A stretch of DNA of 64,000 bases from an uncultured Gemmatimonadaceae bacterium (GTDB taxonomy: Bacteria; Gemmatimonadota; Gemmatimonadetes; Gemmatimonadales; Gemmatimonadaceae). Positions 9,322 to 17,197 of the stretch are shown here, one piece after another. The position numbers and the translations under genes are program-made. The first letter of the stretch is position 1; each line of letters begins with the position of its first letter. The stretch spans positions 960,001-1,024,000 of the forward strand of contig CAWAGQ010000004.1 in assembly GCA_963781585.1 (NCBI GenBank). The letters are read 5' to 3'. The notes under the pieces were generated by a model. It made no database searches and was not told the origin of the DNA. It saw only the letters and a list, made by a program, of their open reading frames with translations.

Positions 9322-9990
9322 CTAGCCCCTGATCACGTACCCCGCCCCTCGCACCGTGGTAATCAGCCTCTTCTGGCGCCCCGTGTCGACCTTCTTGCGC
9401 AGGTGATTGATCACGACATCCACAACGTTGGTGCGGGGGTCGAAGTGATACCCCCAGGCGTATTCGGTGATCAGGGTGCGGCTCATGACCCGGCCGGCAT
9501 GCCGCATGAGGTATTCGAGCACCGAGAACTCCTTCGGGGTCAGTTCGATCGGCTCGCCGCTTCGCTGCACGGCGCGCGTATCCCGGTTCAGCTCGAGATC
9601 ACCCACCCGCAGCTCGCGGGTGGCCAATGCGCGTGGCCGCCGAGACAGGGCCTCGACGCGCGCCAGCAGTTCATCGAACGCGAACGGCTTCGTCACGTAA
9701 TCGTCGGCCCCCGCACGAAGCGTCTGTACTTTCGAGTCCACCGCGTCCTGCGCCGTCAGCACCATGACCGGCTTCTCGAACCCCTTGGCGCGAATCGACC
9801 GGAGCACGTCCATTCCCGACTTCTTCGGGAGCCGCATGTCGAGGATCACCAGGTCGAACGTGTCGGTGGCGGCCAGGCGTTCGCCGCTTTCGCCATCAGT
9901 CGACAGCTCGACGCGATACCCCTGCTGCTCCAGACCTCTCTTGACGAAGCTGCCGACCGTTGGATCGTCTTCGATGACGAGGACGTTCAT
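9322..9990 (-). CDS. OmpR-family response regulator
   Basis: REC domain (IEDD, LDMRLP, GADDYVTKPF) plus winged helix (LTPKEFSVLEYL, TVRGAGY). Confidence 0.95.
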   Translation of the reverse strand: MNVLVIEDDPTVGSFVKRGLEQQGYRVELSTDGESGERLAATDTFDLVILDMRLPKKSGMDVLRSIRAKGFEKPVMVLTAQDAVDSKVQTLRAGADDYVTKPFAFDELLARVEALSRRPRALATRELRVGDLELNRDTRAVQRSGEPIELTPKEFSVLEYLMRHAGRVMSRTLITEYAWGYHFDPRTNVVDVVINHLRKKVDTGRQKRLITTVRGAGYVIRG

Positions 9991-10635
9991 TCACTGGGGG
10001 CTGCGTGGAGCCGGCCGCACTAAGCCGAATTCCCGGATCTTCCGGTACAGGGTCTTTGAGGATATCCCGAGAATGCTGGCGGCGCGACCCTGATGCCAGC
10101 CGACGGCCTCCAGCACCCGCCGAATGTGGTCCCGTTCGACGTGTTCGAGCGGGACAAGTGTCGGTTCGCCACCGCCGTTTCCTGCCGACACCGTTGAAGG
10201 GTCCCCCGGCCGGATCCCGTCGTGGTCGGAGTGGTGCGCCGCCTTCGAGCGCATGAGGTGGCGGCGCTCGCCGGCACGACGGACGACCAGTTCCAGTTCA
10301 GCGAGCGGGCAGGGCTTGGACAGGACGTCGTAGGCACCCAGCTGAACCGCGCTGAGTGCCATCGCATGCGTGCGGCTGCCCGTCAGGACGATCACCTCCG
10401 GAGGGTCCGGCTGAGCGCGCACGCGCCGCAGTACCTCCAGCCCATCGACCTCCGGCATGAAAATGTCGAGCACGACCACATCGAACTGCTCTTCGGCCAG
10501 CCGGCCGATTGTTGAGCGCCCGTCGTGCGCCACGCAAACCCGATAGCCGCACGACTCCAGATGGTCGGCCAGAACGCGCGCCAGCGGCGCCTCGTCCTCG
10601 GCGATGAACACCCGAATCCGATCGTCGCCTGTCAT
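9991..10635 (-). CDS. Response regulator: REC domain plus Fis-type HTH, no AAA+ domain
   Basis: AEDE, LDIFMPEVDG, GAYDVLSKP, short linker, LEHVERDHIRRVLEAVGWHQGRAASILGISSKTLYRKI. Confidence 0.88.
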   Translation of the reverse strand: MTGDDRIRVFIAEDEAPLARVLADHLESCGYRVCVAHDGRSTIGRLAEEQFDVVVLDIFMPEVDGLEVLRRVRAQPDPPEVIVLTGSRTHAMALSAVQLGAYDVLSKPCPLAELELVVRRAGERRHLMRSKAAHHSDHDGIRPGDPSTVSAGNGGGEPTLVPLEHVERDHIRRVLEAVGWHQGRAASILGISSKTLYRKIREFGLVRPAPRSPQ

Positions 10636-12179
10636 GCCACTGCCGCGATGCCGGGCAGGATGATCCGGAACGTGCTGCCGGCACCCACCGCACTGTCGAC
10701 TTCGATGCGCCCGCCATGGTCCGCGATGATGCCGTAGCAGATCGACAGACCCAGGCCCGTTCCCCGGCCCGGCGGCTTGGTCGAGTAGAACGGCTCGAAG
10801 ATCTTGGGAAGGTCGATACGCGCGATGCCATGCCCTTCGTCCACAACCTCGGCGATCACGCCCTCGGACTCAGACAGGCCGCGACGCGTACGGATCGTCA
10901 CGTGCCCCGCATCGCTCATCGAATCGACGCCATTGATGAGCAGCGCCATGAACACCTGCACCAGCTGTTCGGCATTCGCGTTCACGTTGTCGATGCCGGC
11001 ATCGAGCAGCATGTGCATCTGGACCTTCTTGAAGCGGGCGTGATGCTTCACCAGGAAGACCGTCTGCTCGATGACCGCGTTCACATCAGTGACCTCCTTC
11101 CTGGCGGACTTCGGGCGCGAGAAGTCGAGCACGCCGTCCACGATGTGCTTGCAGCGGTCCACCTCGTTGTCGATAATGCGAAGGAATTCCGACGTCTGCG
11201 CGGGAACCTCGCACCCCTGCTTGCGCAGATCGTCGAGGCGCAGGGTGAGACTCTCGGCGCAGGCGGCGATCGTCGCCAGCGGATTGTTGATCTCGTGCAT
11301 GATGCCGGCGGCAAGCTGCCCGATTGCCGCGAGCTTCTCGGACTGGGCGAAGCGCTCCTGGGCCGCGGTCCAGTCGGTGATGTCCTCACCGATCGAAATG
11401 ACATGGGTGATGGCCCCGTCGTTCACCCGCATCGGGATCTTCGTGATGCGATAGGTGCGAACCTGGCCGCTCGCTTCCGACTCGATGTTGAACTGCTGGA
11501 TGCGACCCGTGCGGAAGACGTCGTCGAAGTCTTTCCGCAGCGTCTCCCGCGACTGCCGGTACAGGATCTCGAAGATGGTCTTCCCAAGCGCATCGTCGCG
11601 TGCGACCCCCTGGATTCCGGTCTCGCGATTCCGATTCCACGCCTGCACCCGGTACTCGCCGTCGATGACGTAAAGGCCGACCGGGAGCGAGTCGATGATC
11701 TTCTGCGTGAATCGGCGTTCCGAATCGATCTGACGGGTCCGCAGCCCGACCTCTTCGCTCAGCTGGTGAAGTTGTTCAGCGTGAGCGAGCGCGGGCGCGA
11801 GCAGGGTTCCGATGATGCCGAAGAGTTGCCGGGACGCGGGTTCGAACACACCGGACAGACGAAGCACGATCGCGCCAAGGCGCCGGTTGCCGGACTCGAG
11901 GGGGCACAGATGCGCGCCGGCCTGGTCCGTCGCCTCCGAGTCAACGAGAGCCTGCACCGCCGTCGCGTCGATCTGCGCCTCGCCCGACAGCGACGCGCAG
12001 ACCAGGCCCGAGGCGCCGTACAACCACAAGCTGCACTCGTCCGCGGAGAAGGCGCTGCGGGTGACATCGAGGATGCTGCGGGCCTTGTGCACCACATCTT
12101 CGTCGGAGGCGACGTGGGAGGCGATGTCGGCAAGAACCGTGAGGGGAGGCGGCGTCGCCGCCGCGAGAGTGGCATTCAT
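10632..12179 (-). CDS. Cytoplasmic GAF-like/PAS sensor histidine kinase (NtrB-like)
   Basis: PAS (IIDSLPVGLYVID), SEKLAAIGQLAAGIMHEINNPL, FEPFYSTKPPGRGTGLGLS; start 12179 because the longer track ORF overlaps the tRNA. Confidence 0.92.
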   Translation of the reverse strand: MNATLAAATPPPLTVLADIASHVASDEDVVHKARSILDVTRSAFSADECSLWLYGASGLVCASLSGEAQIDATAVQALVDSEATDQAGAHLCPLESGNRRLGAIVLRLSGVFEPASRQLFGIIGTLLAPALAHAEQLHQLSEEVGLRTRQIDSERRFTQKIIDSLPVGLYVIDGEYRVQAWNRNRETGIQGVARDDALGKTIFEILYRQSRETLRKDFDDVFRTGRIQQFNIESEASGQVRTYRITKIPMRVNDGAITHVISIGEDITDWTAAQERFAQSEKLAAIGQLAAGIMHEINNPLATIAACAESLTLRLDDLRKQGCEVPAQTSEFLRIIDNEVDRCKHIVDGVLDFSRPKSARKEVTDVNAVIEQTVFLVKHHARFKKVQMHMLLDAGIDNVNANAEQLVQVFMALLINGVDSMSDAGHVTIRTRRGLSESEGVIAEVVDEGHGIARIDLPKIFEPFYSTKPPGRGTGLGLSICYGIIADHGGRIEVDSAVGAGSTFRIILPGIAAVA

Positions 12180-12349
12180 GTCCGGAGGATTGGAGACCGC
12201 CCCCGAGACGAGGGGGGTTCGGACAGAATGACCGGTCAGGCACCGTCCAAGTAACGCCGGGCGGCGTTCAGCGGCAGGCGGGGTGGAGCCGCCGTCACTG
12301 CGCCCGGGTCGGTGCTCCTGAATACGTGCCAGGTAGGACCGACGGCGAG

Positions 12350-12422
12350 TGGAGCGGACCGGGATCGAACCGGTGACCCCCTGCTTGCAAAGCAGGTGCT
12401 CTCCCAACTGAGCTACCGCCCC
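12350..12422 (-). tRNA. tRNA-Ala (anticodon UGC), CCA not encoded
   Basis: GGGGCGGTAGCTCAGTTGGGAGAGCACCTGCTTTGCAAGCAGGGGGTCACCGGTTCGATCCCGGTCCGCTCCA; cloverleaf, G3:U70 pair, TTCGA T-loop. Confidence 0.97.
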
Positions 12423-12441
12423 GAATGTCTTGCGAATGCCA

Positions 12442-12469
12442 AACTTAGCGACGCACGAGGTCGCATCAA
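12442..12469 (-). promoter_or_regulatory. Putative sigma70 promoter of tRNA-Ala
   Basis: TTGATG-N16-TAAGTT about 20 nt upstream of the tRNA 5' end. Confidence 0.45.
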
Positions 12470-12751
12470 AGCGCGTCGCGCACTTGCGCTGCGCTTGCTC
12501 CGGCTGAGAGTCGGCTCGCTCCGAGCGCGGACCGGACGAGCGCCTCGCCCGCTCTCGCATCGAGCGGTCTCCAGCTCTGATCGCTCTCTTGTCGGCTCTC
12601 CCCCCACCTGCATGAGGTGAGAGGCGCTACTCCGTACTCGCTCGTGCGGCTACCATTCCGATTGCAGGCCATGAGTCATTGGCCATAGGTGCCAAGGGCC
12701 ACGAAAGGCAGGCCAGCGGCCGAAGCGTAGACACCGACGAGCGGAGACAGG

Positions 12752-13210
12752 ATGACGGAATCGGCCATGCACATGACGGTGCGCTGCCAGTTCTGCGACA
12801 CGTGGAATCGCGTGGATGCCGCCCGGGCCCAGGATCGCCCGAAATGCGGCAGCTGCAGCCGCCCGATCCTCCTCGATCGCCCGTGGATCCTGCATGCCGA
12901 CACGTACGAGCGGACACTCCGCGAGACCGAGGTCCCGGTGCTCGTCGACTTCTACGCGGACTGGTGTGGCCCGTGCAAGATGATGGCGCCGTTCGTCGAC
13001 CAGCTTGCGGCGAAGCACCAGGGGAAGGCCCTCATCGCGAAGCTCAACACCGACTACGCCCAGGAGATCTCCAGCGGACTCGGCATCCGCGGGATTCCGA
13101 CCACGATCGTCTTCCGCGGCGGCGCCGAAGCGAGCAGGCACACGGGAGCGGTGCGGCTTCCGGAGCTCGAGGATCTGCTGAGCCGGGCGGCGGCGGGCGC
13201 GGCGGCGTAG
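12752..13210 (+). CDS. trxC: Thioredoxin 2 with N-terminal zinc finger
   Basis: CQFC...CGSC zinc-binding motifs; VDFYADWCGPCK active site; GIRGIPT. Confidence 0.93.
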   Translation: MTESAMHMTVRCQFCDTWNRVDAARAQDRPKCGSCSRPILLDRPWILHADTYERTLRETEVPVLVDFYADWCGPCKMMAPFVDQLAAKHQGKALIAKLNTDYAQEISSGLGIRGIPTTIVFRGGAEASRHTGAVRLPELEDLLSRAAAGAAA

Positions 13211-13220
13211 TCCGCCTCTC

Positions 13221-14552
13221 CTACTCGTGCGCCGGCAGCGGCTCCATGGTCTTCGGGTCCACCGGCACCTGCACTTCGTCGCGATACAGCGATGTCATCA
13301 TGAAGACGCGCATGCGCGGAAAGGCGTCCATGAAGGAGAGGTAGCAGTACCCCCAGATACCGAGATAACCCAGGAAGATCCCGATCTCCCAGACGCCAAT
13401 GGGCACCGTGGGCCGCGTCTGCAGATATAGCGTCGGATAAATCTCCAGGTACCGGTGCAGCCAGTTGCCGACCAGGCTCCCCACCGCGAACAGGGCCATC
13501 GTGGGAGTAAAGATCTTGGGGAACCGGCCCAGCAGCCCGAAAAACGGCAGCACGAACATGAGCAGCCCCACCGCTACGGTCAGGGATGTCCACGGCGCGA
13601 TCAGCAGCTTGTGGAAGAAGTGCGTCTCCTCGCCCGTGTTCCCGTACCAGATCACCAGCAGCTGGCCGAAGCTGATGTAGCCCCAGAACGCCGTGAAGGC
13701 GAACGCAAGCTTGCCGATATCATGGAAGTGGGTCTCGGTGATGATGTGGCCGGCGCCCAGAAAGCGCCGCCAGAGTCGCACCAGGAGGGACAGGACCATG
13801 ATCGCTTCGAGCCAGCCGCCGATGAAGAAGATCCATCCGTACATCGTGCTCTGGAATTGCGGATCCACCGACATCGACAAATCCCACGACAGCACCACCC
13901 AGCCGAGGCCGAAGGCGAGCGTGAGGTAGACGGCGAGCTTGCCCAGGATGGAATGCGTGGAGTGGAGCTCGCGCCGCTCCTCACCGAACCCGGCGCGCAT
14001 GCGCGCACGCAATCCTTTCGCCCAGTTCGCGCCCCATTCCGGCAGGATGCCGACGTCGAGACGAACGGACCGGTACACGAACCAGACGCTCAGGAACGTG
14101 ATGAGTCCGAAGATCACAATGGCGCGGATCGACCAGAACGTGGGATCGAGCCACGTCTGCTTCTCCGGCTGCGGCGGCGGTGCGTGGACCCACGGAAAGA
14201 TGTGGCCCTTCCCGATGAAGATCGTGAGAAGAAGCATCACGAACGCGACCGGCAGAAACGCCACATAGCCTTCCGCGAACCTCACCACCGCGCGGGACCA
14301 CCGGGCGGTCGTGATCCGTTGCACGGCGGCCAGAACCACCCCCGCCGACGAGATCGCGGTGAAGAAGAGCCAGTTCACGTGCCAGGCTTGCCACGCGCGA
14401 TCCTGGCCGGTCGCTGCGCCGATGACGAAGACGAGCATTCCCACGAGCGCCAGCAGAAGACTGATCCGCTTGAGGCGTGGGGAGATCGCCTCGCGCTGGA
14501 TGACTTCGGCGATCTCTTCGCGGGTCGGCGCAACGGCGATGTGATCGCTCAC
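13221..14552 (-). CDS. actF: Alternative complex III membrane subunit ActF
   Basis: About 10 TM; WDLSMSVDPQFQSTMYG, HFHDIGKLAFAFTAFWGYISFGQLLVIWYGN; last gene of the act operon. Confidence 0.85.
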   Translation of the reverse strand: MSDHIAVAPTREEIAEVIQREAISPRLKRISLLLALVGMLVFVIGAATGQDRAWQAWHVNWLFFTAISSAGVVLAAVQRITTARWSRAVVRFAEGYVAFLPVAFVMLLLTIFIGKGHIFPWVHAPPPQPEKQTWLDPTFWSIRAIVIFGLITFLSVWFVYRSVRLDVGILPEWGANWAKGLRARMRAGFGEERRELHSTHSILGKLAVYLTLAFGLGWVVLSWDLSMSVDPQFQSTMYGWIFFIGGWLEAIMVLSLLVRLWRRFLGAGHIITETHFHDIGKLAFAFTAFWGYISFGQLLVIWYGNTGEETHFFHKLLIAPWTSLTVAVGLLMFVLPFFGLLGRFPKIFTPTMALFAVGSLVGNWLHRYLEIYPTLYLQTRPTVPIGVWEIGIFLGYLGIWGYCYLSFMDAFPRMRVFMMTSLYRDEVQVPVDPKTMEPLPAHE

Positions 14553-15259
14553 TGACCACCTCCGGAGCGCGAACGTCCCGCGCTGTCGGTGCGCGTGGTC
14601 GGCGTCCCGGCCGGTACCGGCGGCGACGGCATCGCGAATGGCGCGGGGTGCGTGGGGCCGAGTCGCGTGGGGCCCGGAAGCTTGTCACCCGTCACCCCGG
14701 GCGGCGCCAGCGGCCCGACCTCGAACGGCACACCGGACACCTTCCCCTGCAGCGCGCGGAGGTAGTTGACCACGTCCCAGCGGTCCATCTCCTCAATGCG
14801 GTTGTAGCTCGGCATGAAGACCCCGCCGTTCCGGATCTTCCCGAAGATGTAGCCGTCGGTGCGATTCCTGGTGATGTCGAGCATCAGCGACGGCGCCGGA
14901 TAGCCGTATTTGGTGACGGTACCGGTACCATCTCCCTTTGCCCCGTGACACGGCATGCAGTTGATCGTGAAATACTTCCGCCCGTTGGCGAGCGACTGTT
15001 CGGTGACCGGTGTGGGGTTGGGGATGGCGGCCATGGAGTCGAGGGTGGCCACCGAGATCCCGTAGGAGACGGCAAACGCCGGGACGGCGGTGCCGGTCCT
15101 CGGCACCGAGCCCTGGGGACTTCCCCGCACTACCATGCTGTCCGGGCGAAGGGACTCCCAGGTGACGACGCTGGGTTGCCGCTTGAAGTCGCTGAACCAC
15201 TCGCACGCGCCTAACGGCAGGAGCAGCGCGACCACCAGCACCCGCGGCTCAACTCTCAC
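14549..15259 (-). CDS. actE: Alternative complex III monoheme cytochrome c lipoprotein ActE
   Basis: Lipobox LPLGAC; single CMPCH; distal Met in MPSY; DRWDVVNYLRALQ. Confidence 0.85.
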   Translation of the reverse strand: MRVEPRVLVVALLLPLGACEWFSDFKRQPSVVTWESLRPDSMVVRGSPQGSVPRTGTAVPAFAVSYGISVATLDSMAAIPNPTPVTEQSLANGRKYFTINCMPCHGAKGDGTGTVTKYGYPAPSLMLDITRNRTDGYIFGKIRNGGVFMPSYNRIEEMDRWDVVNYLRALQGKVSGVPFEVGPLAPPGVTGDKLPGPTRLGPTHPAPFAMPSPPVPAGTPTTRTDSAGRSRSGGGQ

Positions 15260-15752
15260 CGCGCACCTCCGCCGCCCCGTGCTCGCGCAGCGTCGATTCC
15301 GCTTCCTTCAACCGTTCGGGCGGCGCCTCGACATAGATCCCGAAGTCGGCGCCCGTGAAGCGCGGATCGAAGCCGATGGTGGTGGTGATCTTCGGAACGC
15401 GCGAGTAGATGAACATCGCGGCCACGGTCGCCAGCGATCCGATCAGCACCATCAACTCGAATCCAATGATTGTGAACGGGATCCACGACACGACCGGCTT
15501 GCCCCCCACGACCAGCGCCCAGTAGTCCGACGTCCAGGCGGCCACCCAGTAGCCGAAGCTGACCCCGAGGAGTCCGCCGACCAGCGTGAAACGCCGCACC
15601 TTGCTGCGCGGTGCCTGCACCGCGTGTTCGATCTCGTGGCGCGGCGTGGGCGTGTAGACCGTGAATCGCCGGAAGTCGCGCTTCTTCAACGCCTCAATGG
15701 CGTCCACCGCCGCGTCGAGTTCGTGGAAGACGGCGACCAGCCCTTGGGTCAT
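15249..15752 (-). CDS. actD: Alternative complex III subunit ActD (DUF3341-like)
   Basis: MTQGLVAVF...YTPTPRHEI...VVGGKPVVSWIPFTIIGFELMVL...FDPRFT; real start ATG 15752 overlaps the actC stop. Confidence 0.85.
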   Translation of the reverse strand: MTQGLVAVFHELDAAVDAIEALKKRDFRRFTVYTPTPRHEIEHAVQAPRSKVRRFTLVGGLLGVSFGYWVAAWTSDYWALVVGGKPVVSWIPFTIIGFELMVLIGSLATVAAMFIYSRVPKITTTIGFDPRFTGADFGIYVEAPPERLKEAESTLREHGAAEVRGES

Positions 15753-17197
15753 CAGTCGCGCTCCCCCGGAGTCTCGGCCGCAAAGTCCAGGTGACGCCCG
15801 GTCACGTCCACCACGTCCGCGCGCGGGGCCCGCATCCGGAGGCGCGGCGGCACCAGCTCCTTCACCTCGGCAATCGCGATCACCGGCAGGTTCCGGATGA
15901 AGAGCAGGAACCACATGAAGAACCAGCCGAAGCTGCCCACCAGGATCGACACATCCACCCAGCTCGGGATGTAGTTGGTCCACTGCCACGGCTCGAATTC
16001 GTGCGACAGCGACGGCACGATGATCACGAACCGCTCGAACCACATGCCGAGGTTGATGAACAGCGACAGGATCCAGAGCCAGCTCGGGTTGCGCCGCAGC
16101 TTCTGCGAAAACAGCGACAGCGGGAAGATCACGTTGCAGGTCAGCATGATCCACGCCGCCCACCACCACTGGCCGAACACCCGGTTCCAGAAGTACGCCT
16201 GCTCGTACTGGCTGCCGCTGTACCAGGCGATGAAGAACTCGATCAGATACGCGCTCCCCACCACCAGCGACGTGAACAGCGTCATCTTGGCGGCGGCGTC
16301 GAGGGCGTTCACGGTCACGATGTGCTGCAGCCGGAAGAACTTCCGGATCGGAATGATGATCGTGAACACCATGCCGAGCCCGGAGAAGATCGCGCCGGCC
16401 ACGAAGTACGGCGGAAAGATCGTGGTGTGCCATCCCGGCACCAGCGCCATCGCGAAGTCGAACGACACCACCGAGTGCACCGACAGGACCAGGGGGGTCG
16501 AGAAGGCGGCCAGGAACAGGTACATCCGCGCGAAGTGCCGCCACTCCGGCTCCGAGTTGCGCCAGCCTAACGAGAGCACCGCCAGGATGCGCTTGCGGAC
16601 CGGATTGGTGGCGCGGTCGCGCAGCACCGCCAGATCGGGCACCAGACCGACGTAGAGGAACGTGGCCGACACCGTCAGGTAGGTCGAGATCGCGAACACG
16701 TCCCACACCAGGGGGCTCTTGAAGTTCGGCCAGATCAGCCGCCAGTGCGGATACGGTACCAGCCAGAAGAACTTCCACGGCCGGCCGATGTGGATGATCG
16801 GAAACAGGCCCGCGGTCATGACCGCGAATACCGTCATCGCTTCCGCGCACCGGTAGATCGTGGTGCGGAAGCCGGCGCGGAACAGGAACAGGATCGCCGA
16901 GATCAGCGTCCCCGCGTGTCCGATACCGATCCAGAATACGAAGCTGATGATGTACACCGCCCACATCACCGGCGGCTCGTAGCCGGCGTTGCCCAGCCCC
17001 CAGTAGATCTGGTACATCCACGCGCCGGCGCCCCAGAGGAAGCAGACCACCGCGACCCCGAGCAGGATGAACCAGCCACCGGTCGGACTGAGGGTCCCCG
17101 CGATCTCGCGGTCGACCTGCTCGTAGTCGCGAACCGCGGGAAGCGGGACGTTCGCGGTGGCGACGTTGGGCCGAATCGGTTCGGCGACCGTGGCCAT
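15752..17197 (-). CDS. actC: Alternative complex III quinol-binding subunit ActC (NrfD family)
   Basis: FVFWIGIGHAGTLISAIL, HIGRPW, NFKSPLVWDVFAISTY, SVHSVVSFDFA, GMWFERFVII; start overlaps the actB stop (TGATG). Confidence 0.93.
   Translation of the reverse strand: MATVAEPIRPNVATANVPLPAVRDYEQVDREIAGTLSPTGGWFILLGVAVVCFLWGAGAWMYQIYWGLGNAGYEPPVMWAVYIISFVFWIGIGHAGTLISAILFLFRAGFRTTIYRCAEAMTVFAVMTAGLFPIIHIGRPWKFFWLVPYPHWRLIWPNFKSPLVWDVFAISTYLTVSATFLYVGLVPDLAVLRDRATNPVRKRILAVLSLGWRNSEPEWRHFARMYLFLAAFSTPLVLSVHSVVSFDFAMALVPGWHTTIFPPYFVAGAIFSGLGMVFTIIIPIRKFFRLQHIVTVNALDAAAKMTLFTSLVVGSAYLIEFFIAWYSGSQYEQAYFWNRVFGQWWWAAWIMLTCNVIFPLSLFSQKLRRNPSWLWILSLFINLGMWFERFVIIVPSLSHEFEPWQWTNYIPSWVDVSILVGSFGWFFMWFLLFIRNLPVIAIAEVKELVPPRLRMRAPRADVVDVTGRHLDFAAETPGERD

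Noticed and set aside
12180..12560. N-terminal extension of the PAS kinase in the ORF track
   Set aside because: It runs through the tRNA-Ala gene; the real start is probably 12179
12300..12750. Genomic island or prophage integrated at tRNA-Ala
   Set aside because: No integrase, no duplicated tRNA 3' end seen, and no obvious compositional shift
15753..17021. 590-aa version of ActD
   Set aside because: The upstream part is an alternate frame of actC; ActD-like sequence begins at ATG 15752
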